Shown here: positions 50,525 to 63,139 of the stretch, piece by piece
Numbering within the stretch: the first letter of the stretch is position 1
Layout: each line of letters begins with the position of its first letter
NCBI RefSeq assembly: GCF_006345805.1
Contig: NC_043020.1
Location: 27,342,001 to 27,406,000, forward strand
Direction: 5' to 3'
Source: Octopus sinensis
Lineage: Eukaryota
DNA: 64,000 bases
Translations under genes and position numbers: made by a program
Notes under the pieces: generated by a model
The model's input: only the letters and a program-made list of their open reading frames with translations
Database searches by the model: none
Told to the model about the DNA's origin: nothing

Positions 50525-51800
50525 CAATGTACGATGTGGACATGTGGCTAAGAAGCACACTTTGCAACCATGTGGACATGTGGCTAAGAAGCACACTTTG
50601 CAACCATGTGGCCATGTGGCTAAGAAGCACACTTTGCAACCATGTGGCCATGTGACTCACTTTGCAACCATGTGGCCATTTGGTTAAGAAGCACACTTTG
50701 CAACCATGTGGCCATTTGGTTAAGAAGATCACTTTGCAACCATGTGGCCATTTGGTTAAGAAGATCACTTTGCAACCATGTGGCCATTTGGTTAAGAAGA
50801 TCACTTTGCAACCATGTGGCCATTTGGTTAAGTAGATCACTTTGCAACCATGTGGCCATTGGTAAGAAGATCACTTTGCAACCATGTGGCCATTTGGTTA
50901 AGAAGATCACTTTGCAACCATGTGGCCATTTGGTTAAGAAGATCACTTTGCAACCATGTGGCCATTTGGTTAAGAAGATCACTTTGCAACCATGTGGCCA
51001 TTTGGTTAAGAAGATCACTTTGCAACCATGTGGCCATTTGGTTAAGAAGATCACTTTGCAACCATGTGGCCATTTGGTTAAGAAGATCACTTTGCAACCA
51101 TGTGGCCATTGGTTAAGAAGATCACTTTGCAACCATGTGGCCATTTGGTTAAGAAGCACACTTTGCAACCATGTGGCCATTTGGTTAAGAAGCTCACTTT
51201 GCAACCATGTGGTCATTTGGTTAAGAAGATCACTTTGCAACCATGTGGCCATTTGGTTAAGAAGCTCACTTTGCAACCATGTGGCCATTTGGTTAAGAAG
51301 ATCACTTTGCAACCATGTGGCCATTTGGTTAAGAAGATCACTTTGCAACCATGTGGCCATTTGGTTAAGAAGATCACTTTGCAACCATGTGGCCATTTGG
51401 TTAAGAAGCACACTTTGCAACCATGTGGCCATTTGGTTAAGAAGCACACTTTGCAACCATGTGGCCATTTGGTTAAGAAGATCACTTTGCAACCATGTGG
51501 CCATTTGGTTAAGAAGCTCACTTTGCAACCATGTGGCCATGTGGTTAAGAAGCTCACTTTGCAACCATGTGGCCATGTGGTTAAGAAGCTTACTTTGCAA
51601 CCATGTGGCCATGTGGTTAAGAAGCTCATTTTGCAACCATGTGGTTAACAAGTTCACTTTGCAACCATGTGGCCAAGAATCTCACTTTGCAACCATGTGG
51701 CCAAGAATCTCACTTTGCAACCATGTGGCCATGTGGTTAAGAAGCTCACTTTGCAACCATGTGGCCATGTGGCTAAGAAGCTCATTTTGCAACCATGTGG
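50525..51800 (+). repeat. 36-bp minisatellite, ~35 copies, derived from a SINE head
   Basis: Unit CACTTTGCAACCATGTGGCCATTTGGTTAAGAAGAT. The array runs directly into a B box and SINE-A body at ~51800-51895. Confidence 0.95.
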
Positions 51801-51894
51801 GTTTGAATTCAGCCCCACTGCATAGTACCTTCAGACAATGTATTTTATTATAATCCAAGGCTGAGTGGATTTGGTAGACAAACTGAAAGAAGAC

Positions 51895-52505
51895 TGCTAT
51901 GGTCATGTGATGTGTATGGATGAGGACAGCTGTCTAAAGAAGTACTACCTCTACCTGGAGAGAACCTGCAATAGAGGTAGAGGTCGACTCAGGAAGACAG
52001 GACAATGTGGTGAAGCATGATCTTCGAACGTTGGGCCTCATAGAGGTAATGACTAGTGACCGAGACCTTTGGAGAAGAGTCGTCAAGCCAAGTGAAATAG
52101 TAATCGTGGCTGACGCTGGTGTCACATAACTAGTACCTGTGTCTGTGGCACGTAAAAAGCACCTTTCAAGCTTTGGACCTCATGGAAGCAATGTGGTCAA
52201 TGCCAGTGGCATGATTGGACCTCACAGAGGCAATGACAAACAGCCAAGACCTTTGGCAATATGCCCTGCTCTCATCAAGCCAAGTGAAATTGTAGCCGTG
52301 GTGGATACTGGTGCCACACAACTGGCACATAAAAACACCCATTACACTCTGTAAAGTGGTTGGCATTAGGAAGGGCGTCCAGTTATAGAAACCATGCTAA
52401 ATCAGGCTGGAGTTTGGTGCAGACCCTCAGCTTACCATCCCTGGTCAAAACCATCTAACCCATGCCAACCTGGAAAAATGGACGTTAAATGATGATGATG
52501 ATGAT
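51895..52505 (+). mobile_element. RTE LINE 3' fragment (ORF end, 3'UTR, (GAT)n tail)
   Basis: Decayed GHVM.MDEDSC...RGRGR.RKT...VVKHDLRTLGL, followed by the family 3'UTR and gatgatgat. Confidence 0.8.
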
Positions 52506-54481
52506 ATATAAGCAGTTGACAATTGGTTTTAGTGTGTTTATGTCCCCCCTAACAGTTCAGCAAAACAGTTCAATAAAAAACATATCACTATATATATATG
52601 TTCTTTTCTGTCTTCAGCAGCTTAGTTGGCTTTCATGGCCTATACTTGTATTTTTAAATCTTTTATTTTCCTTTTGCCTTGTTTTGTATTTGTCATTTTT
52701 CAAAGAAAAAAGTGGGGTTAACTCTTGAAGAACGTTGTTAAGGATTGTCATCATCATCCTCCCCCTCGTCTTAACATCTGCTTTTTCCATGCCTGCATGG
52801 GTCAGACGGAATTTACTGGAGGCAGATTTTTCTACGGCTGGATGCCCTTCCTGTTGCCAATCCTCACCTGTTTCCAAGCTTTCACACAATATTGATTTCA
52901 AACTTTGACAGAAGGCCAACAATTTCAAGGAAGGAGTAAATCAATTACACTGACCCCAGTACACAACTGGTAATTATTTTATCGACCCCGAAAGGATGAA
53001 ATGCAAAACTGACCTTGGTGACATTTGAACTCAGAATGTAAAGACAGACAAAATGTTGCTAAGCACTTTGCCTTGCCTGCCAGCAATTCTGCCAGCTTGC
53101 CACCTTGAGCTTTCACAGAATATTATTTCTTTATTGCCCACAGGGGGCTAAACAAGGGATTAAGTCGATTTCATCAACCCCAGTGCATAACTGGTACTTA
53201 TTTAATCAACCCCAAAAAGATGAAAGGCAAAGTCGACCTCGGCAGAATTTGAACTCAGAACGTAACGGCAGATGAAATGCCTATTTCTTTACTACCCACA
53301 AGGGGCTAAACACAGAGGGGACAAACAAGGACAGACAAACGGATTAAGTCAGTTATATCGACCCCAGTACGTAACTGGTACTTATTTAATTGACCTCGAA
53401 AGGATGAAAGGCAAAGTCGACCTCGGCAAAATTTGAACTTAGAACGTACCGGCAGACGAAAGACCTATTTCTTTACTACCCACAAGGGGCTAAACACAAA
53501 GAGGACAAACGGATCAAGTCGATTATATCGACCCCAGTGTGTAACTGGTACTTATTTAATCGATCCCGAAAGGATGAAAGGCAAAAATCGACTTCGGCAG
53601 AATTTGAACTCAGAACGTTAGGATGAACGAAATAACTATTTCTTTACTACCCACAAGGGGCTAAACACAGAAAGGACAGACAAACGGATTAAGTCGATTA
53701 TATCGACGCCAGTGCATAACTGGTATTTATTTAATCGACGCCGAAAAGATGAAAGGCAAAGTCGACCGTGGCGGAATTTGAACTCAGAACATAACGGCAG
53801 ACGAAATACCACTAAGCATTTTGCTCAGCGTGCTAACAATTCTACCAGCTGACTTTCACAGAATATTGGAAATGAAAGACATTACTGTATGATGGTGACA
53901 TTCATTTCGAAATACCTTGTGATGTCAAAGCAAAGAGACACGGCACACTCAATCACATGACCAGTGATGTGTAACAACATCCGATAGCCTGGTCTGTTAC
54001 GTGATCACGTACATATAATTAATCAAAATAAACAGAGAGAAAAAAAGGTCAACGCAAGGATATGGTACATGCAAAGTATTAAAGTGCACCCATGCCGGTG
54101 GCACATGAAAAGCACCCATTGCACACTTATAGTGGTTGACATTAGGAAGGGCATCCAGCTGTAAAAATCACACAAAATCAGACTGGAACCTGGTACAAAC
54201 TCCCCAGCTTACTAGCTTTCACTCAGACCGTCCAACCCATGCCAGCATGGAAAACGGATACTCTTTTACTCTATTACTTGTTTCAGTCATTTGACTGCGG
54301 CCATGCTGGAGCACCGCCTTTAGTCGAGTAACTCGACCCTGGGACTTATTCTTTTGTAAGCCCAGTACTTATTCTATCGGTCTCTTTTGCCGAACCGCTA
54401 AGTGACGGGGACATAAACACACCAGCATCGGTTGTCAAGCAATGCTAGGGGGACAAACACAGACACACAAACATACACGCA

Positions 54482-54546
<65 letters not shown>

Positions 54547-54764
54547 CGACGGGCTTCTTTCAGTTTCCGTCTACCAAATCCACTCACAAGGCATTGGTCG
54601 GCCCGGGGCTATAGTAGAAGACACATGCCCAAGATGCCACGCAGTGGGACTGAACCCGGAACCATGTGGCTGGTAAGCAAGCTACTTACCACACAGCCAC
54701 GGTGATGATGATGATGATGATGAAAAGAAAGTAAGATCTAAGAAACGATAAATTTTTGGTAAAC

Positions 54765-54770
54765 TTTATT
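54765..54770 (-). terminator. ROMO1: Putative ROMO1 polyadenylation signal (AATAAA)
   Basis: tttatt on + at 54765-54770, about 150 nt downstream of the ROMO1 stop, in non-repetitive sequence. Confidence 0.6.
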
Positions 54771-54920
54771 ATAAAATATCAGTCCTTCTTGTCTGGTCAT
54801 ACACAGTTTGTCAACATCACCACCATCATTGTTGTTATTACTCCAGATGAAGCAGAGAGGGAAATGGTGGAAGAGTCATTGAAATAAATTTAAAGTATCT
54901 GGTTGGATGCTGTTCTAATT

Positions 54921-55029
54921 CTAGCATCGTATACCCGTTCCGATTGCCATAAATGTGCCAAATGTTCCGCCTCCTTGAACCATTGTTTTGCCCACATTCT
55001 GAACCAGTTCTCGGCCCCGTAAACCAAAT
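54921..55029 (-). CDS. ROMO1: ROMO1 last coding exon
   Basis: tttcatttccag|A TTT GGT...TGC TAG. (R)[35 protein letters not shown], ending in the typical ROMO1 C-terminus GIRC. Confidence 0.96.
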
Positions 55030-56169
55030 CTGGAAATGAAATGAAAATATATTTTATAAATATTTTTTGATGGTCCGATAAATCAATAAATATATACAAT
55101 ACATACAAAAAGATAAAGTCATCATCATCGTCGTTTAACATCCGCTTTCCATGCTGGCATGGGTTGGACGGTTCAACTGGGGTCTGGACGGTTCAACTGG
55201 TTCAACTGGTCCAGGAGGCTGCACCAGGCCCAGCCATTAAAATAAATAAAATAAAACTCCAGCATGGCAGTAAATCTAGGTGAAAAAGTTAACAATGAGT
55301 GGCTGTCTGGTAAGAAGCTTGCTTCCCAACCACATGGTTCTGGGTTCAGTCCCACTGCGTGGCACCTTAGGCAAGTGTCTTCTGCTATAACTTTGGGCCA
55401 ACCAAAGCCATGTGAACAGATTTGGTAGACAGAAACTGAAAGAAGCCCATCAAATATATATATATATACACACACACATATGTTTATGTTTTCCAGTTTC
55501 AGCTCTTGAGCTGTGGCACCACCATATATATATATATATATCAAAATAAGCAACAAGGATTATAATCACCCCATTTGAATTATATGGATAATACCATGCC
55601 AAATTCTGGTGCCTTTAACTTAAGTACCATATTCATCTGATACTAAATTTTACTGAACTTATATATGTATTTGTGTGTCTGTGTTTGTCCCCCCTCCATC
55701 GCTTGACAACTGATGTTGGTGCGTTTATGTCCCTGTAACTTAGCGGTTCGGCAAAAGAAACCAACAGAATAAGTACTAGACCTACAAAGAAGTCCTGGAG
55801 TCAGTTTGTTTGACTAAAGGCAGTGCTCCAGCATGGCCACAGTCAAGTGACTGAAACAAGTAACAGAATCATCAGCTAAAATAATTCTTAAGAACAATGT
55901 GTTTCTTTGAAAAAAAAACCCCAAAAAAGGTGGGGCAGAAATGTATGAATTTCACAGACAGATTATAATTTAATTACAGTAATTTTAGATCTACACTGGC
56001 ACAGGCATGGCTGTGTGGTAAGAAACTTGTGAAATGCTTTGCAGTATTTTGTCTGCTGTTACGTTCTGGGTTCAAATTCTGCCGAGGTTGACGTTACCTT
56101 TCATCCTTTTGGGGTCGATAAATTAAGCACCAGTTAAATTAAGTTATATATTGTTGATTTTTGTCTTAC

Positions 56170-56273
56170 CTAAGTGCAGAAAATCCACCAAATAATGCTC
56201 CTGATGCCATTCCAACACACATTCCTATCATGAAGCCAACTTTTATACGGTCAAAACAGCTAACTCCAGCCAT
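56170..56273 (-). CDS. ROMO1: ROMO1 (reactive oxygen species modulator 1, Mgr2-like TIM23 subunit), first coding exon
   Basis: Minus strand: [36 protein letters not shown]|gtaag. Acceptor ttccttctag lies 13 nt upstream (exon starts 56286), with an in-frame TAA just before the ATG. Not present in the ORF track. Confidence 0.95.
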
Positions 56274-59200
56274 GATTTAGAGGATACTAGAAGGAAAATA
56301 AACAGACATTGTAACCAAAAATTTGTGAAAACGTTTATTAAAAGAAGAAAATCAAATAAAAAAATTAGGGTTAATCTTAGAATTCAATGGCCATTTTCCA
56401 AGCCCGGATGGTTTGATAGGAGTTGGCAAGGCTGGAGAGCTCCACCAGGCTCTAAATGTCTATTTTGGCTTGGTTTTTATGGTTGGATGCTCTTCCTAAT
56501 GCCAGCCACTTTACAGAGTGTATCATCATCATTTAATGTCCGTTTTCCATGCTGGCATGGGTTGGATGGTTTGATTGAGGGCTGGAAAACCAGTGGCTGC
56601 ACCGGGCTCCAGTCTTGATCTGGCAATGTTTCTACAGCTGGATGACCTTCCTACCCTTAACCACTCTGAGAGTGTAGTGGGTGCTTTTTGCATGCCACCG
56701 GCACAGGAGCCAGTCAGGCGGGCCTGGCATCAATCACGTTCGGATGGTGCTTTTTATGTCCCACCAGCACAGGGGCCAGTCAGGGGGTATTAGCATCATC
56801 CACGTTCGGATGGCGCTTTTTATGTGCCACCAATACAGGAGCCAGTCGGGGGGTACTGGCATCAACCACATTCAGATGGTGCTTTTTACATGGCACCAGC
56901 AACATAATTAATGGTTATCATACTGTATTTGAATGGATAAAAAAATGCACAGGTATATGAGACCTGGGGTAATTTTTTCTTTTGTTTGGGCTAAACATAG
57001 AGAAGACAAACGGATTAAGTCGATTACATCGACCCCACTGTGTAACTGGTACTTAATTTTATCGACCCCTAAAGGATGAAAGGCAAAGTTGACCTCGGTG
57101 GAATTTGAACTCAGAACGTAATGGCAGATGAAATATGGCTACGCATTTCACCCCGCATGCTAACGGTTCTGCCAGCTCGCCGCCTTTATTTTAGAAGGAA
57201 AAAAAAGCATCTTTCAGGCCACTGAATAAGGAACTTTTATTCCTAAATAAAACGATTCTTAAAGCTAAAATGACCGAAGTCTATATATTTTAACCCTTAA
57301 CATTTAATCCGGCCCAAATTTTCTACCTGCTTTATGTTAAAACTGACCAGATCCAGCCTCTCACACCTACCCTACAATGTCATTCTAAAAATATGCTTAG
57401 CAACATCTCGTCTGTCTATGTTCCGAGTTCAAATACAACCGATGTCAACTTTGCCTTCCCCCCCTTTTGGGGTTAATAAAATAAGTACCAGCTGAAGACT
57501 GAGGTCGATGTAATCAACTAGGCCACTCCCACAAAATTTCAGGCCTTGTGGCCTTTAGTAGAAAAGCTTATTAACCCCTGTTTAAGGTGGTAAGCTGGCA
57601 GAATTGTCACTGCCCTGGAGAAAATGCTTAGTGACATTTCTTCTGACTTCATATTCAGAGTTCAAATTCTGCTGGGGAGAGTGGGGGGGGGGTCAAAGTA
57701 ATTGACTAAATCCCTCCCCACAAATTTCAGGCATAGTGGGTGTGTGGTAAGTAGCTTGCTTACAGCCACATGGTTCCAGGTTCAGTCCCACTGCGTGGCA
57801 CCTTGGGCAAGTGTCTTCTGCTATAGCCTCGGGCCGACCAAAACCATATGAGTGGATTAGGCAGATGGAAACTGAAAGAAGCCCGTCGTATATATGTATA
57901 TATATATGTGTGTGTGTATATGTTTGTGTGTCTGTGTTTGTCCCCGCAACATCGCTTGACAACTGATGCTGGTGTGTTTATGTCCCCGTGACTTAGCAGT
58001 TCAACAAAAGAGACCGATAGAATGAGTACTAGGCTTACAAAGAATAAGTCCTGGGGTCAATTTGCTCGACTAAAGGCAGTACTCCAGCATGGCCACAGTG
58101 AAATGGGGAAGTGTCTTCTTCTATAGCCTCGGGCCGACCAAAGCCTCGTGAGTGGATTTGGTAGACGGAAACTGAAAGAAGCCCGTCGTATAAATGTATG
58201 TAGGTGTGTGTATATGTTTGTGCGTCTGTGTTGGACCCCACCAACATTGCTTGACAACCGATGCTGGTGTGTTTACGTCCCCGTCACTTAGCAGTTCAGC
58301 AAAAGAGACTGATAGAATAAGCACTAGGCTTACAGGGAATAATTGCTGGGGGTCGATTTGCTTGACTCCAGCATTGCCACAGTCATATGACTGAAACAAA
58401 CAAAAGAATTTAATTACCTCTTTTGCTACCATATCTCTTTGGAAATACGCTATCTTTGTTTCAAAAATTTTTTAAAATGGTGAAAAATTTAGTAAAATAA
58501 CTTTTTCATTATTAACCGTTTTGTTGGCATATTCCTGTTGGAACTCTAACTTTTGATTCAATTAATTTTAAAAATGAAGAATTCCATAAAATGTTTCACA
58601 TTATTAAGTTGGCGTTTAGCATGCCAGGATTAGCGATATTTCATCTGCTGCTATATTCCAAGCTCAGGACCCCCACCCCCACGCCATCAAATGGTTTCAA
58701 TTCCACTTTATCAACAAAAGTTGAGTGGCTGTGTGGTAAGTAGCTTGCTTACCAACCACATGGTTCCGGGTTCAGTCCCACTGCGTGGCACCTTGGGCAA
58801 GTGTCTTCTACTATAGTCTCAAACTGACTAAAGCCTTGCGAGTGGATTTGGTAGACGGAAACTGAAAGAAGCCCGTCGTATATATATATATATGTGTGTG
58901 CGTGTATGTTTGTGTGTCTGTGTTTGTCCCCCTAGCATTGCTTGACAACCGATGTGTGTTTATGTCCCCGTCACTTAGCGGTTCGGCAAAAGAGACCGAT
59001 AGAATGCTCCAGCATGGCCGCAGTCAACTGACTGAAACAAGCAAAAGAGTTATAAACATTGGATAACGGAAATTTTGACCTCGCATTTACACGGTACCGT
59101 TTTAAGCGACGTGTTGGGAGAATCGGTTGGGCATCGGACGAAATACTGTGTATCTTCTAGTTACGGCATTTAACGTTATGAGTTCAAATCCCGCTGAAGT

Positions 59201-59519
59201 CAAATTTGCTATTCATTCACCTTTCCGGTATTGGTAATATAATAACACCAACCAAGTACATCGGTTCAATGTAATATTTTAATATAGTTAAGGCAGTGAG
59301 CTGACACAATCGTTAAAGCACCGGACAAAATGCTTTGTAGCATTTCGTCCGTCTTTACGTTCTGAATTAAAATTCCGCAGAGGTCGACTTAGCCTTTCAT
59401 CCTGTCGGAGATCGATATAATAAGTACCAGTTCAGTCCCGGAGTCGATGTAATCGACTTCTCTCCACCTCCGAAATAACTGGCCTTGTGTCCAAAATTTG
59501 AAACCAGGGAAAGGAGGTA

Positions 59520-59752
59520 CAACTTGAGAACAGTGGTCCCGGTGCGCGCACTCGTGTAGTCGCGCATCCGCGCTAGCTAGTCGTGACTAGTCGATCCTAC
59601 AACGACTACCTAGCAAAGTAAATAAAACACAAAATAAATAATTTTTTTTACACAAAGTAAATAAAACAAAAACACAAAGTAAGGATCGACTAGTCACGAC
59701 TAGCTAACGCGAGTATGCGAGTGCGCGCACCGGGACCACTGTTCTCAAGTAG
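59520..59752. mobile_element. Tc1/mariner-type MITE (233 bp), CpG-rich foldback
   Basis: TA on both flanks. 33-bp perfect inverted repeat (ACTTGAGAAC...CACTCG) plus an inner 23-bp perfect inverted repeat, around an A-rich centre. Confidence 0.8.
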
Positions 59753-61783
59753 TATCGGGAAAGGAATTATAAACAGACGTTGAAGACTAAGACTAGGTCT
59801 GCTCCATCTGGGGCGCTAAACAACAACAACACCAAGCTCTCACGATAGTCAGACCTAAAAATGTAGGGTATAAATAAAAATAGGTGAAGTGGAAGAGAAT
59901 ATAATTGTTATCGTTTGGTTTTTGAACAAGGTGCGATGGTGGAGGAGGTGGTGTTAAGAATGTCACTGTTTTGTATGTCAGGGTGAAATTACAGTTATTT
60001 AGGTTTTTCACGAAAGACTTGCGCCTGATTTTTATCTTGTGCTATGGTTCTTTTTAACAATGATTTCACACACACAGACACACACCATGTCTGTGTTATT
60101 CAAACTAACTGGCCCTCCTTTCTGAACGAGTAGTGTAAGTGCGTGGAGAGGTGACTGGAAAGGCGAGGAATACGACCATGAAAGCGAGTGAGAAGGTCAC
60201 GTAGTTGTCTTCGGATTGTCTGGTTTTCAAATGAAATACAATAATACACACAGCATGAATGAAGACACACAGACACACATAAAAGTCTATTTGTTGTTTC
60301 TAGACCATTATTGGCCTTCATTCATGCTTTGTTTTTTGTGGAGTTTACGGTCTATTTCGATGTATCACTGTATATTAATTAGCAATGGAAAGAAACAAGG
60401 CAACGTGCGAGTGTGTGTGTGTGAATAAATAGATGTCTTGTCTTTTCGTTTAGATCTCCCCCTACATTATTATAAAGTTTGGTGAGCAGAAATCTTGAAG
60501 AATGAATAATATTTTAAGATTTCGGACAACCTTCAAAAAATAAGATGGGGGTGGAGGGACAAAAAAACAAACAAAAAAAAAAACGGGCTATATGCATGTC
60601 ATATAAACCCCTCAGAACTTTCTTATTTTTTGTAATTTTTAGTAAATGTTTGTGAATTTGTGTTCTACATACGGGGATTCATACATTATGCAAAAACAAA
60701 AGAAAATTTTTGGGGGGGTGATGATTGAGCTATTTAGCTGTTATTTTTAGCACGTCTCACAACCACCTCCTGCCCTCCTCGTTTGTCACTGACATTGTTT
60801 GTTTTTCAGTAATATTTCCCCTCATAAACACATTTAAGGGATTGCTGGGATTTGAGCCAAAAATTCGGACAATCCGTATTTTAAACTGATTTTAAAAGAA
60901 AGATTCGAAAAATTCAAGAAAAAATTTTTTAAATGTTTTCTACAGTCGTGTGAATTTCCCTGTATAGAATACAAATTCGCAAAAGTTTTCTGAAAATTTC
61001 AATTTCAAAAAATAAAATAGTTATGAGGGGTTACATGGGGTACTTAAAGCAAAATTCCTCCAAAACACACACACAATATATATATGTGTGTGTATGTTTA
61101 GTGTGTTTTACTTGTAAGATTCAATGACATTGGAATTATATAAACCGAGAGAAGCTAGAAATTATGAATGAAGGCAGGCCAGGAGAGAAAGAGAGAGAAA
61201 ATCCAATAATGTGTGTATGCACGTGCCTGTTTGGAATTATTACAACGAGTGTGAAATATTACTGTAATGAAATTTATAAATGATAGCATTCAAATATTGC
61301 AATCAATTTAATGATTGTATATCGTTGATATTAACAGAGTTATGGGAAACAAAGAGCTTTCTTTTTTTTTTAATTTTTCATTCGTCTCTAAATGATTAAA
61401 GTCGGGTTGTTCCAAATAAAGTTTAAAAAGTTCAATGTACTTTTAATAAACTTGTAGTTCTGTGTCGAGACTGACTTCATTACGAATTATGCTTTTAAGG
61501 GAACCAGGATCTGGTCTTTCGAAAAGCCGGATTCTTACAACCTTCAGGGGGCAGAGGTGGATGCATAATTACTGAGTTGGTTATTTAATTAATGTGGTCA
61601 GTACACAGTTTATGTATATTAACCGTTAATATTTGCTTTTATACATATAATTAAGAACATCGGAGTTTGTATGTGAGAAGGTTTTACATTCATTTTACAC
61701 GGAAACAAGCGAAGTCTTATCGTTTTGTCGAGTCAAACCGAAGGAATGCCCACTATAAATATTTATGTCTAATTGCATGCTTC

Positions 61784-61823
<40 letters not shown>

Positions 61824-62628
61824 TTAATATATAGATTACAGTACAAAGGGCAGCTGTTCGTACCCTGAAGACTCGAGAGGCATTTCGGTTCGAAAGGTCT
61901 GCCACCCGACTTGCAACTGTCTTCCAGCACTTTTCTAATTAGTATTAAATGAAACCTTGAGATGTTAATAAACTCCCAAATCCCGGCGCCGAGGTCAACC
62001 TTGCTTTTCATCTTTCCATGGTCAATAAAATAAAATAACGTACCAATCAAGTATTTGGGGTCGATATAATCGATAAAGCAACCCCTGGCCTTGTGCTTCA
62101 CTTACAAACTATTGTATAATGATTATTATTAATTAAGAAAGCGAAATTAGGGAGACAACAGACTTGACCCTTTAGCATTCAGGATTACTCTGTCAGATGT
62201 ATTGCTTATTTAATTATGGTTTGGAATTAATCAGGAATTATCTGGTAGCTTCAAGATTTCGATGATACGAGTTACTCTCTTTTACTTGTTTCAGTCATTT
62301 GACTGCGGCCATGCTGGAGCACCGCCTTTAGTCGAACAAATCGACCCCCAGGACTTATTCTTTGTAAGCCTAGTATTTATTCTATCGTCCCTTTTGCCGA
62401 ACCGCTAAGTTACGGGGGGAGGGGGACGTAAACACACCAGCATCGGTTGTCAAACGATGTTGGGGAGACAAACAGACACACACACACCTATATATATCTT
62501 TCATCCTTTCGGGGTCGATAAATTAAGAACCAGTTACGCACTGGGGATCGATGTAATCGACTTAATCCCATTGTCTGTCCTTGTTTGTCCCCTCTGTGTT
62601 TAGCCCCTTGAGGGCAATAAAGAAATAC

Positions 62629-62663
<35 letters not shown>

Positions 62664-63126
62664 TACGACGGTTTATTATTTTAGAATAACATTTGGCATT
62701 GTCGGGTAGAGGAGGCAAGAAGCCAGGTTTGGTCTCTGGCCATAAAACAGGTAGATTATTAGGGTCAGGTCAGGTATGGGCCGGTTCATATATATATATA
62801 TGCTAAAGGGTTTACAAAACTATAAACTAGTGAAAGAAAGCAGCATGGGGGCAAGGTTTGTCTTGAAACCAAAGAAAAATAGAAGCAAAGTGTTGGCATG
62901 TTTGGTAGAAGGAAAAAATAATATATATTAAAAAAGCAGCAATATGGATATTTAGAGGAGGGAATTGGTTTGCATAAGAGAGAATGGATGCGTGTTTACA
63001 GACCTGATAATCTCCCGATCCTTTGTGCAATCTTATTCCCGAGAGACAGAGCAGACTATTATTAATCTGATTTCTTTCCAGGGGAACCTTCGCCTCCTCT
63101 TCTCTCTCTCTCACCGGCCTCTCTCA

Positions 63127-63139
63127 ACGTCACTTCCGG
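63127..63139 (-). promoter_or_regulatory. Composite ETS-CRE motif CCGGAAGTGACGT, candidate promoter element
   Basis: Exact 13-mer on the minus strand. It precedes a unique ~130-nt segment that ends in a possible donor (CAG|gtctgt, ~63003). Confidence 0.35.

Noticed and set aside
50418-51906. Long repeat ORFs (403, 345, 182 aa) with Cys/His periodicity resembling metal-binding repeats
   Set aside because: They result from a 36-bp unit that is open on both strands. The unit derives from a SINE head and there are no splice or start signals.
52600-52680. Acceptor-like ttcttttctgtcttcag as the next ERGIC3 exon
   Set aside because: The required phase hits a stop immediately and there is no FQYFVKVVP motif.
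54890-55141. 83-aa minus ORF ([15 protein letters not shown]...) that looks like a novel protein exon
   Set aside because: It is the wrong frame of the ROMO1 last exon. The phase-correct frame gives [10 protein letters not shown]...GIRC*.
61490-61560. Possible small + exon (GTRIWSFEKPDSYNLQGAE)
   Set aside because: Weak splice sites and no similarity to the expected ERGIC3 sequence or any family I recognise.
61862-61902. CTGAAGA...GAAA spacing suggestive of a second hammerhead
   Set aside because: Stem II does not close (C-C at the base) and I found no stem I partner.
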